Of a DNA stretch of 45,739 nt, positions 1 to 10,991 are shown one piece after another (within the stretch, counting starts at the first letter, position 1; the number at the start of each line of letters is the position of its first letter). The stretch comes from Takakia lepidozioides (taxonomy: Eukaryota > Plantae > Bryophyta): assembly GCA_030704615.1 (NCBI GenBank), contig JAKLZA010000012.1, positions 1 to 45,739 of the forward strand, written 5' to 3'. The position numbers and the translations under genes were made by a program. Below the pieces are notes generated by a model. The model made no database searches. It was not told the origin of the DNA and worked only from the letters and a program-made list of their open reading frames with translations.

Positions 1-1279
1 ACTGGCCAGGTTCCCCACATTGAAATGGGTTTTGTTCTTGTGGGGATTACTGTGAAACGCTGTTTTTCTGGAAAAGTGCGAGTATCTTCCTTCATTCATT
101 GATCTGTGTAGGTACTCAGTTCATCCACCACTTCCTGAGAATATGACCATAATGTATTGTTTAGGGCATTCTTGTGGCTTTCCACCGTCTACCCAGCATA
201 GATTGGAAGTCAGCTCATAGTTGCACTTGACTGGAGCAGGTAATGAGTGAAAGGGGGTAATTTGACTGAATCTTGTAATAGTGGAAGGATTTCCTAATTC
301 TGGTGTGGGTGGTGGAGCTTCCTCCAAGCTTGAAGATGGAAGTGAATACGATTCGTAATGAACTTCATTAAAGGTGCAGCCCTGTGCATGTTTACTCCAC
401 ATAGTAAGTTTGGACATGTTTGTATGTTTCTTGTGGTACTGCTTCAGATAGAGCCCTTGACTAACTTGCATGAATGTTGTCAAAGAGCCCACCAAGATCC
501 AATTCCATGGTGACTACTAGAAGTTCACATACTGATTGTATCATTTGGTATTTGGTATTCTGTTATTGATTGATGCAGCATGAATTGGATTTGAAAGACT
601 CCATCACACTATAATATCGGTTTGTGCATGTTGGAGCTCGACAGAGTCCACCTACTCCACCGACTTCAGAACACAGTTGCCTACAGTTCAAACCAGAAGT
701 GGGAGCATCTGTGATACATTTGTGTAGTAAACAAATGTGCATACCTTCATGCAGGATTGATGATACTGGATACTGCTGGTGTCCCTGGAAGTAGGTGCCG
801 TTTGCTGGTGTGACTCCCAATTCTGTTTAACTACCTGAGCAGCCAATCAAACAAGGCGAAAGCTCTCCTACGTATCCTCTTCAAGGAAAGTGAACCTCTT
901 TCTCAATCTCTGCTTCCACCAACTGTCCAATATCACAAATCCGAACCCGAAACTTATGAAGCTCTTGTTCCATCATAGCGGTTGAACTAACATCATTAAA
1001 TCTCATGAAACTAAGGGATATGTGAATAGATATCTCTGGTTGATTGCTCCTCCATATCTCTCACCTGCGTGGTTGTTTCTTTCATAAGAACCCTCTAACA
1101 ATAATCCAGTGGGCAGCTGCAAGTGGCTATGCATTGGTTGGGTGCCAGGGCCTACTCTGTATATACTGACATTTAAACATGGATGGAGCATGCGCCGCGT
1201 GAAATCAAGAGGGTGCAAAATTGCCAAGAGTAAACTAGGTGATCATGACGACGCTAACAAAGGAGGATGAAGAAGCTAC

Positions 1280-1373
1280 CAGTAACCATCACAGTTTTCG
1301 AATGCAGGTCCAAACCGGCCGTTACATCCTCAGCAGTAGAACTAGATCCTAAGGAGCTCGGTGCAGAACCCAT
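1280..1373 (-). CDS. First coding exon of a short-chain dehydrogenase/reductase (TIC32/retinol-dehydrogenase-like); remainder not found in the window
   Basis: Manual translation MGSAPSSLGSSSTAEDVTAGLDLHSKTVMVT-G|GTAG resembles the N-terminus of plant TIC32-like SDRs (S-TAE-VT-G-D...ITG). It ends at a phase-1 GT donor within the first Gly of the TGxxxGIG motif. Too short for the ORF track. Confidence 0.8.
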
Positions 1374-1486
1374 TTCCTTGGCTCACGCGATCTTGTTCAA
1401 CATCAAACTCGTGAATACCGAAGCGTCAAGTGTTCACTGTGGGAAGAGACAAGCGCTGCAGCAGCGTGACACATTCCATGGTCAGC

Positions 1487-1772
1487 ATGGCAAGTGATAA
1501 AAGAGGCCCGGGAGTTGAATGCTGCCTCAGCAGGCCTGCCTGCGTGGCCCCACCCCGTCCCTCCGCCTCGCCCCCCCTCGCGGCAGCGCCGCGGCCCACG
1601 GTCGCAATGCCAAGCGCCCCCCTCCCGCTCCACAACCCCGCCCCCCGCGCCGAGTCCCTTGCTCCCGAAACTACTGTCGCACATTGAACTCAGTATTACT
1701 GTACGCATCCACCATGCATGCCCCATGAATGCAAGAAATACATCCATCGCATCGTGACTTTGCCATCGTACA
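1487..1772. repeat. ~285-bp GC-rich repeat, copy 1 (inverted relative to 7420-7693)
   Basis: GGCAAGTGATAAAAGAGG...GACTTTGCCATCGTACA is the reverse complement of 7420-7693. ORFs 1494-1757(+) and 7435-7686(-) translate almost identically. Confidence 0.9.
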
Positions 1773-2850
1773 ATCCTGTGTGTGTGAACATGGCTCCTCA
1801 TACACTCATATTAGAGACCGTGAACATTCAAATTTGAAATTTGAAACAACATTCAATGTACTTCCAAAACGAATGGACGTCATTTAGCGGTGATTGTTGT
1901 CATCCAGGTGATTGACCACCTGTCCCCAGCGTCTTCGTCCCGTCGTTCTGTGTCTTCGAAATTGTGTTCTCGCCAGTGCGTACACACAGGCGGAAGGGGA
2001 CGCTTCGCATACGAGACATTTTGCTTCAGTATTCATGTCGCTTGAACGGTTCAGTCATCTTCATATCGACCTCGCCCACTATCTGTAAACTGCAGAGGAC
2101 AATCTCGAGAAAGAACTGAGACGTTCCCTCCATCGAAGTGCTTTCACAGGTTGATGTCACCACTGTAACTCTTTGCTCTCCTGTTGTCCCCCTTGTGTTT
2201 TCTTTCTGTTGCACACTATGAAGTAGCCTTCCCAGGGTGCGCATTCAGAGTTCTCATTTTGATCATTTCCTGCTGTCCTTGTTGTTATTGGCCTTCTCTT
2301 CAGATTCTCTTGGCGGCGTGGTAGAAGTCCTTCCTCATTTTGTCTTTAGGATTCACTATACATACTATCTTTTTTCTTGCAGCACTGTTGCTCTCACCGG
2401 CCTCTTTTATCACTTGCCCTCGGGTTGAGGCAGCATTTCGCAAAAATCCAAAGGAAACGTCTGAACAGTGGATCAAGAACTCAACGAAGGTCGTGTGGGT
2501 ACTATGCTTGGCTTTTGGAGGCCATCGAGACAGTTAGGAACAAGTTTCCAGAAGCTAAGGTGGCTACAAGGAATAAAGTTGGATGGCTATACTGTCTCAT
2601 TGGAGCCATGGTTTGTGAACAACAGGACAGTGGATCCCATGAGAAAACACGGGATGAGGAATAGTGAACTGTGTCCAGGGCTTCAGCTCTTGGCATTGGA
2701 AGAGATCTTAAGTGTCTCATGTACTTCCTGCTTAGTGATCTGAATAGGCTTCCCTGGCAGTTTCCAGCATGATGGTTCCATCCTATACATAGCATGAGCA
2801 GATTAAGTACTTGACCAAAGTGGTCTCTGTGTTGGAAAACCATTGGCGTG

Positions 2851-2922
2851 TGGTCAGGCTAGGGATTGAACCTAGGACCTCCCCCATTCCGGTGGGGTGC
2901 TCTACCACTGAGCTACCCGTCC
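2851..2922 (-). ncRNA. tRNA-derived cloverleaf in the TRIM 3' LTR
   Basis: Same 72-nt sequence as 3061-3132 with one substitution in the acceptor stem. Confidence 0.8.
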
Positions 2923-3025
2923 CGTTCTGTCCTCAGAGGTGACGTGCACAGGCTATAACCTTGACACCCCTCAAGGCATAGCCCTTATAGCTGATGCCCA
3001 CCCATTCTGACCACCGCCCCGACCT

Positions 3026-3039
3026 TGGCTCTGATACCA
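3026..3039 (-). other. Primer-binding site complementary to the tRNA-iMet 3' end (TRIM)
   Basis: Minus strand TGGTATCAGAGCCA immediately follows the CA end of the 5' LTR. Confidence 0.9.
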
Positions 3040-3060
3040 TGTTGGAAAACCACTGGCGTA

Positions 3061-3132
3061 TGGTCGGGCTAGGGATTGAACCTAGGACCTCCCCCATTCC
3101 GGTGGGGTGCTCTACCACTGAGCTACCCGTCC
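3061..3132 (-). ncRNA. tRNA-derived cloverleaf with Pol III A/B boxes in the TRIM 5' LTR (not a canonical tRNA gene)
   Basis: GGACGGG-TA-GCTCAGTGGTAGAGC-A-CCCCACCGGAATGGGGG-AGGTC-CTAGGTTCAATCCCTAG-CCCGACC-A. Acceptor stem pairs 6/7, D and T arms intact, anticodon loop irregular (no U33). Confidence 0.8.
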
Positions 3133-5156
3133 CTTTCTGTTCTCAGAGTGCCATGCAAGGGCTATAGCCTTGACACCTCCAACACTCTGTACCAGTTCTG
3201 ATTACTGACAAGGTATGCCCATTCTTGTACTTTACTATGTACACAGTGCATGACTTTAGTTGTGGGAAGAGGCCATTTTTATACTATTGCATACTATGAC
3301 ATCACCAGTTTTGGCATTGTTATCACCCCATACAACACCAATGTGCTTCCACCATGCCTACATTGTTGCCGAGTGCATGGAAATATCACTACTATCACAA
3401 AACCTCGCAATATTTTGGAATGTGGGGGGGGGGGGCAGCGGGCAGTTCAGGCTGAAGATGGTTTCTTGAAGGTCGAACACCTCCTTCTGTCCATACATTC
3501 GCCAGACATTTTGTTCTTGTTGGAAATTCAACACCCATTGTCCAGACTGACATCCATGTGAAGGGGTGCAGTGAATTGTATACACAACCACCATGGTATG
3601 GAATATGTGCAAATTTGGAGGAAGACATTAATGCACCCCCAAACAGGGATACAGTGTGCATGGCCACATCTACTCTTCTGGGCCTCATACAAACACTTTG
3701 AAGAGGGGATATGAGCTTTTGAGCCTTTAGCTCATTGTATGGAGTGTGTGCAGTCTGTTGCACCACCTTCTTGCATTTGCTCATCATTATATTCAGTGTG
3801 TGCAGTTTGTTAAGGGTCCAGTGTGCATGTTCATTGCCTCATGTGTTCAGTGTTCCCGCCAATATCCTATGCAATACAGATGAGGTTTCAAAAGCATGGT
3901 GCGGTGATACATGCTTCCCAGGTGTGACAGGGAGGGACACTGTGAACAAATGTATATGAACACATATCCAAGCATTTCACTTTTGGAAGTACTGTTCGAC
4001 AGTTATATAAGTGAACAACTATAACATTCCAATATTGTTTAAGGTTGCAACCAGTGAATTGGACTGGTATAATGTAGGTGAAGGACTGGTTTATGCACTG
4101 CCATTACATACAAGAGCAATCTGGTATCATTTGAGATAATTATGTATCATATACGCGATCGGTGCCAGCGTTTCTTTGTCTACAATAACATTCTTTTTCT
4201 CAATGTCACAACAACAATTCTCTGTAACCAGATTGTCATCAGGTGCATGGAGTAGTTTGACAAATTCAGGTAAAGACATTCTGCTGGGTAATAAGTACAT
4301 GACCTTCAGGAGAGTTTAATATCACACAAAACCCTTATGATTCGCACAACTAGAGTCTGATCCATACACTGCATCATTTATCCCTCTTGCAACACAATTC
4401 AATTTGCGAATGGAAACCTATTAAGTAAAGAGGTACAGGTTGTGGATTGCTTTGAACTGACCTTCCTGCACAAAGGCAACCAGGAGTCAGTGCCCACCTA
4501 GCTTCGTTGTCTCCACATTTATAAAGACATTGCCCATCAAGTAAGAAGGCCATTGAAGACATTAAGGCAAGGCATACAAGTGGGGTACATTAAGTGCAAT
4601 GAAATCAACTACACTGAGGAGGTCTGATTTGAAGAGCCTACTTTGTCTCCCACTAACACATTCTAACCTTGAAGTGAGGATGTATGTCATTATACTGAAA
4701 CTCCTACCAATATCCTTAGAAAAACATACGTGCAGTAATATATATTCTAGACTGGTATGACAGTACTGTGTTTGCTCTACAACCACAAGCACCATAGGAA
4801 AAACGTAACCACACACCAAAACAACAGTACATCAAATATAGGCAATCACTTACACATCCACTCACAGCACACATAAACACGAAATATAGACTTTGCAACT
4901 CAGTACAAAGACAAACCGCTACTCCATGCATACAATGGCACGGGACCACATTGTTGGAACATTGCTTTGAGGAACACATAGGAAACAAGCACCCAACATT
5001 AAAAGCAGCAAACACACATAAGAAAATCAAACGGAAGGCATGCAGCTTCATATCCTCCGATCATCGCCCTCCACGACACCATACCTCGTTCAGCCATATT
5101 GTCAACTACTCCCTTTGCATTATCAATGTTGCCACATTTGGCATACGTGCCCACTA

Positions 5157-6195
5157 GGTACAATTCCTGATGATGTCACCATGGACCTCTTTGCCCTTTT
5201 CCAGGGCTGCCAGGCTTGCACAAGCACACCACAAGCACTGGGGTCAGAAAAGTATTCATTCCAGACCCAAACTCTATCCCTGCTACTTCAACTATCCATG
5301 CTTTGCACAAATCATGCATACATCCTCGCCTTGCTGCTAGCAGCTGACAATGACAGCCTAGTTTTGTTCTAGCAAACTGTTCCACCCTTGACTGTGGTCG
5401 GAAACATATTCATTCCGGAGCTTCTCTTCGTCTCTGTTATCTATTTTTCGATACTTTCCTGTTGCCACATTGGCAGTAACATGTCAAAACCACTCCAAAC
5501 CCAGCATAGATCCACCAACTAGCTAACTTGCAGAATTCAACATGAAAATTTAGGGACGACTGTAATAACAAGGAAAAACAGGTTGAAATGTGTTGAAGAA
5601 GGTGCCTTCATTAGCTCCATGTTGTCTTCTATCCAAAAGCCCTAATCAGAGCGCCTCAAACAAATACCAAAATGATTGTTTTGTTGTCGTTGTTGTTTCC
5701 AATTGAGCATCTATCCACGCAGGTTTCATATAGTTATTGATCCACAGGGATCAGAAGTAATCTTATGCTTGAAATCCGGCCCTTTATCTGAACCTCTATC
5801 CCTGGTCCTTCAGCTATCCCTGCCTGTGTACAAATCATGAATACATCTACAGCCTTGCTACTAGCAGCTGACACTAATAGAGTGAAGTGCTTCCAACAAA
5901 CAACCTACTTATTACAGTAGTTCCAATCTGAATTGCATCTGCTTCTTTTTGTAATCCAACAGGCAGTCACCTTTTTGTCTCCATTGTCCCACCATTGACT
6001 GGAGTCGGAAAGTGTTCATTCCAAAGCTTCTCCTCATCTCTGTTATCTGTTTTTGGATGTTCCACACTACCACACTCCCTTCATACATGTCCATAGGGTA
6101 TTGTTCAGAATGACATTTGGTACAATTGCAGCTCTGACAATGTCACCATGGACCTCTTTGCCCTTTTCCAGAGCTGCCAGGCTTGCACACGCATT
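5157..6195. repeat. Degenerate direct repeats (permuted blocks) in decayed coding-like DNA
   Basis: 5157-5226 resembles 6119-6193; 5273-5380 resembles 5814-5900; 5381-5460 resembles 5988-6065. Confidence 0.65.
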
Positions 6196-7419
6196 GAAGA
6201 TACACACAAACGTGATGTGGTCGGGCTACACAGAGAACATCATTCATCTCTTCCTCAACACCCTCTCTACAGATTCCCATTATTTGGCATAGGCCTTGTG
6301 AGACCCAAACTGTCTTGCAGGCCCTCAAAGCACCTTGTGGGCGTTATGAAGTATCTTTTCTCTACACCTCTATGTGCATCAGTGTACCATAAGCCATTTG
6401 GACTCCCAATCAGCTTCATAAATTGTCTTTCATTCTTTCTTAGCAAAGATCAGTCCATCCCTCCATATTTCGTCGAAGATCCACTGCCGAATGTGAGCTT
6501 AACAGATCAGGGCTTATCTCATTGTAAACAAACAACCTACACACGCTTTAGTTGTATATCAATCTGCTACACTGTGGTGTAGGTCTGGTGACGCTGGTGT
6601 GGATAGCAAAATGGCCAGCCTTCGTAAGTTCGTCTATGAAAATTAAAACTGTATATGGTCAATCCAATATATGCACGGGGTTTGATGCCACACGCTGCAG
6701 TATGTTGGCAATCAAAGCCCTATGTGGTCCTGACTTATCCTTGACACCTCTAGAACATAGAGAAAAGTCGATAACATTCAAGCCTCGCACCATTTCTAGT
6801 TACCTTGCGCACTTGTGACAAACCTATCAATGTAGATTTTGCAACGTGCTCGCTGTAGTTAACTTCCTGAGATCAAGACAACATTTTGCAAAGATGCAAA
6901 GTTCTCACCAGATTCTTCAGATGTTGGGCTTTGTCGAAATGCACCATCACTTTGTGAAGCGTTCGCGGCCGGTACTTGTCTACGACCTTTTTTCTTTGCC
7001 TTCCAACTCTTGTCTACCCACAACATTTCTCACTCCTCTTTGAGCCTCCAACAACGCTTCCAATCAACCACTCTCTGTCCGTGTCTGCTCTGAGGTTAAG
7101 CTAACCTATAAGCATGTGGGTCCACAAGAAGCTGCGATAAACGAAACTAGGGGAGTTGTAATAGGAAGGCAGTAGTAGACACTCCTGTCAATAACAAACT
7201 ACTCAAACGACACAAACAATGTCTCTAAACAAAATAGTTCTCCGTCTGCATCTGCATCTGAAGTGAACCCAACTTCGTCTTCCTCAGCAATTGCAAGAAA
7301 AAAGCAGATGGGTACCAGCGTCGGGAATCGTGGCAGCGAAGTGAAGTGAAGTTTTTTTTTTTTTTTTTTACGCTCCAGTGTGAAATTGGCGGGATAGGCT
7401 CATGTCGAGTGACCCAACG

Positions 7420-7693
7420 TGTATGATGGCAAAGTCATGATGTCATGGATGTATTTCTTGCATTCATGGGGCATGCATGGTGGATGCGTACAGTAATACT
7501 GAATTCAATGTGTGACAGTAGTTTCGGGAGCAAGGGACCCGGCACATGGGGCGGCAGGTGGAGCGGGAGGGGGGCGCCTGGCACTGCGCGGCGCTGCTGC
7601 GAGGGGGGGCGAGGTGGAGGGAGGGGGTGGGGCCACGCAGGCAGGCCCGCTAAGGCAGCATTCAACTCCCGAGCCTCTTTTATCACTTGCCGT
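7420..7693. repeat. ~275-bp GC-rich repeat, copy 2 (inverted relative to 1487-1772)
   Basis: TGTATGATGGCAAAGTC...TTTTATCACTTGCCG; high identity to copy 1 with a short internal deletion. No TSD found. Confidence 0.9.
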
Positions 7694-8272
7694 TAAGTAT
7701 CTCTTTGTGTCTCTGGTTCCGAGAGCTTTCCTCGCCAGTGACGTGGCACTCTAGTTGTCCTTTTCCGGGCCTGTATGGGGCCCGCTTTGACTTGCAGCAA
7801 CGCTGCACAGGAACCTTCCGAACACGAAGTCACAGACATTGCCTCATTTTGACACGCGGTTGCTGGCCATGTCGACAGGTTTCGGCTAAACCTAAGAGCG
7901 GGTTTAGCTGGAAAAGAATAAATTTCATTTTAAGTTTTTGAGCGTGTGAAGCTAGGATTCCTCTGACGGATGAATGCAAGGTAGGTAGACTTAGGATGAA
8001 TTATGTGCTGGATAAACCTATTATTAGTTAAGCTATTTTGTTTTACTTCAACAGCTAGTTTAGGATCAGGGTTATCCTACATGGCCGCTGATGTGTGATT
8101 CCTACGATCTGTAATCTGATCGACCAATGACGGTGTGTAGACACCTATCTATATGATTAGCCATTTGGCACTTCTATTTAAACCTGGCCTTTGGGCCCTT
8201 GAGCGGTGGTGGGATTGATTTCACAAGTGTACTCGTGATTGTGTTGGATCGTGTATGATTGAGCTTGCATGT

Positions 8273-8380
8273 TGTTAGAAGGCTGCTTGGGACTTAGACA
8301 CTTTTACGGGATCTGTGGGGTACCCTTAATTTTTGCACAGACTGAGACCAACAGGAGCCTTAGGGGTGACAGCAGTGCAC

Positions 8381-8417
<37 letters not shown>

Positions 8418-9173
8418 CACAGCCCGTCACAGTCCGACACAGCCGACACAGCCAGACATAGCCGTCACAGCCAGTCACAGCTCGACACAGCCGACACAAC
8501 CCAACACAGTCGCACAGCCAGTCACAGCTTGACACAGCTGTCACGACCATAAGGAACGGATAGCAGGACAGGGAACAACATCTGCGAATGGAACATGTTA
8601 GTTTACGGATGACGGTTAGTGAGGGAAACGGTTAGAACAACGGGTAGGAAGATAAAGCCAGGAGCAAGGACTGGAAAAGGATCACTTCTGGAAGGACTTT
8701 GGGGAAGAGGATCACGACTTGGAAATGAAGCGGAGAGCGGATCTTGGAGCAGAAAGAGGGTTAGCACGGAGTAGGAGGAGAACGATATGTTGATACTTGC
8801 TGAATGCAAGAAGTAGAGTTGTAATGTAGAGCAGAATAGAGACACCATGGCTTCAGCCTGATACTTGATAGATATTAATCTGATACATACTTCATACTCA
8901 CACTGTGTAGAGAGACCTGAGTGAAGCTGTGGAATGAATGGATGGAACTTGATAGATTTCTGAAGCAAACTGATACTTAATTGCAGATAGTAAGGTAACT
9001 CGTTAACATGAATGCGGGAAGGAGTACAAATAGGAAACACCCCCATGATACACTAGCTGTAGGTCATGACTGATTGTTCTGAGCGGGCTGAGTGCTTAGA
9101 AATTTCCAACTCTTCTATCTTGGAGTTCCCACCTCGGATAGCGAAGGGATGGGTGAGTAAAAGCCGCGCGACA
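8273..9173 (+). repeat. 5' LTR of copy A
   Basis: TGTTAGA...GCGCGACA, homologous to the LTRs of B and C. Contains a G30 run (8385-8414) and a CACAGC array (~8416-8545). Confidence 0.93.
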
Positions 9174-9761
9174 TTTGGCGACCATACTGGGGAACTGGGT
9201 CATGAACAACCAAATGTGACAGGCATCTGGTGGGATCATGGTGGTTGCAGAATTAAAGAATTTCATGTGAATCAAATTCCTTGTGAAACTGAGAAGGAAA
9301 GATTGTCCAAACGATTCTTTCAGAGGTTCTTGGAATTGCCAGACGGTTGTAAAGAAAACATTCTTAAGAGAGTGCATGATGCTGACCCAGAATGGGGTCT
9401 GGAGAAAGGAGTGATAAAGATTTATCAGGTGGCCTGTAGAGGAAGAGCGCGTTGGTTATCAACACTGGTTTATGTGATAGCATTGCTATCCATTAAGCGA
9501 GTAGAGTTTGAAGGCTGGGAGGAAAGAAAGGTGAATGTTTATACTCATATGCATGAAGAGCTTGTACTGGTAAAGAATTGGATTCCAAAGGATATTTTGT
9601 GGATCAAACTCACACCAAGAACAACTTTCCAGACTTGTTTGCCATATGGTTATATGGTAACGGAGACTTCTAGTATAGCCAAGGGTGCATTGAAGCTTGA
9701 AAGAAACCCAGGCATATACGAGAGATATTACAAAAGAGAGTTTTGGTTATTGCCACATTAA
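9066..9761 (+). CDS. 5' extra ORF of copy A, unknown function (starts in the LTR, reads through the PBS)
   Basis: 231-aa open frame; the same frame is open in copy B (22516-21899). Confidence 0.5.
   Translation: MTDCSERAECLEISNSSILEFPPRIAKGWVSKSRATFGDHTGELGHEQPNVTGIWWDHGGCRIKEFHVNQIPCETEKERLSKRFFQRFLELPDGCKENILKRVHDADPEWGLEKGVIKIYQVACRGRARWLSTLVYVIALLSIKRVEFEGWEERKVNVYTHMHEELVLVKNWIPKDILWIKLTPRTTFQTCLPYGYMVTETSSIAKGALKLERNPGIYERYYKREFWLLPH
9176..9193 (+). other. PBS of copy A (tRNA-Arg type)
   Basis: TGGCGACCATACTGGGGA lies 2 nt after the LTR. It resembles the tRNA-Arg PBS TGGCGACTCCACTGGGGA of OTA-type Gypsy elements. Confidence 0.8.
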
Positions 9762-9782
9762 AAGAAATGAAAGACATGGGAC

Positions 9783-10991
9783 ATGAGTGATGAAAGAGAA
9801 GCTAGACGCCAAAGATATTCAGCAAAAAGAGAAAGCTATTTGAAAGCTAATTATCCATATCTTTGGGAGAGAGGAATAGACATAGGGGAATCATCTGGAC
9901 CTCTCACACCATTAAGATCAGAGAGTACATCACCCATACCGGAAGAACTAGAGTTGGATGTCACTCCTTCTTTTTCTTTGCAAGAAAGATTAAGGGAATT
10001 GGTACGGGAAGAAGATCAATCACGAGGTGAAAGATCTGAGGTACATCCCTGGATAAAAGATTTGACAGAAATCTTTGATAAGAGTTGGCATGGAACACCA
10101 AAAGCAGGAACTCCAGTTTCTGAAGCGGAAGGTGAAGAAGGAGGAGAGGATGTGGCAGAGCCAACGGAGAGTTCAGACTCTCCAACACCATTGCAGTTGA
10201 GTTACATGAGTGAAGAAGAAACCCAAGGGCAGAACTAATAGAGAGAAGAAATTGGAAGAGGAAGAGTATGAAGAAGTAGACCCAACAGCTGAGGTTCAGA
10301 CTACAACCAGGACATCCCAACCCGTTGGACCTGGATCAAGTAGAGCACTTGGATCACAGGCCAACGAAGGTGTCGGCTCAGGGGGATCAGGCGGGCTGCC
10401 TGGATCTGGCTCTGGGGGGACAGGGAGTGTGGGAAGTAGTGCAACTGGAGCTGGGAATACTGTGAATATCGTGGGGCCAGTAGCAGGGAGTGCTCAAGGG
10501 CCACCACTTGGTGGAAGATCCACCACAACAACAACAGGTCCTCAAGGACCAGCACCAGCAAGGGTGCAAGCACCTGTCAGTGGGCAGAAGGTAGGGCCTC
10601 AGATGGCGTTACAACCAACACGGGCAAAACCACATTTTCCAATATATTCAGGAAAAGGGGATCCCGATGTACACATTAGCCAATTTGAGCACATGTGTAT
10701 AGTGAACAATGAGAATGGCGATGATGCCAAGATGAGATTGTTTCCTTGTTCACTTATCAAGAAAGCAAGTGAATGGTATGCAAGATTCCCTGATAATCAT
10801 TTCCTAACCTGGAATGGCTTGAATACAGCATTCCGAAATAGGTTTAGGACAAGTAAAACTGAGGATGAAGTGTAAGGAAGTTTACAACAGTTAAAGCAAA
10901 AGAAGCATGAAACTGTTGAGGAGTATATGGAAAAGATGGAATTGATGATGAAAAAGCTGGCTGCTGTACCAGCACCAGGTTTACAGAAGAC
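9783..10991 (+). pseudogene. gag: gag N-terminal part of copy A (acidic and Gly/Pro-rich extension plus capsid domain)
   Basis: ORFs 9783-10238 and 10210-10875 are probably joined by a frameshift. Retrotrans_gag-like motif (YSGKGDPDVHISQFE...LFPCSL...W...TWNGLNTAFRNRF). Premature TAA at 10873 where B has TAT. Interrupted at GLQKT by B. Confidence 0.85.

Larger units (their letters stand above)
2830..3184 (-). mobile_element. Non-autonomous miniature LTR retrotransposon (TRIM) with tRNA-containing LTRs (Helenus-like)
   Basis: TGTTGG...CCAACA termini; 5-bp TSD CTCTG (2825-2829, 3185-3189); two ~145-bp direct repeats (2830-~2970, 3040-3184); PBS TGGTATCAGAGCCA; PPT remnant CTTGAGGGG; no coding capacity. 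Confidence 0.9.

Noticed and set aside
1-1230. Short minus-strand ORFs as further SDR exons or a separate gene
   Set aside because: No GxxxGIG, NNAG or YxxxK SDR motifs found; looks like decayed sequence of unknown origin.
1403-1801. Overlapping GC-rich ORFs (also 7435-7754)
   Set aside because: Stop-poor GC-rich repeat open in many frames; no protein signature.
2851-3132. Two tandem functional tRNA genes, or a CRISPR-like repeat
   Set aside because: The anticodon loop is non-canonical, and both copies lie within LTRs bounded by a TSD, PBS and PPT remnant.
7384-7394. E2F-like site AATTGGCGGGA
   Set aside because: Single short motif with no identifiable intact target gene.
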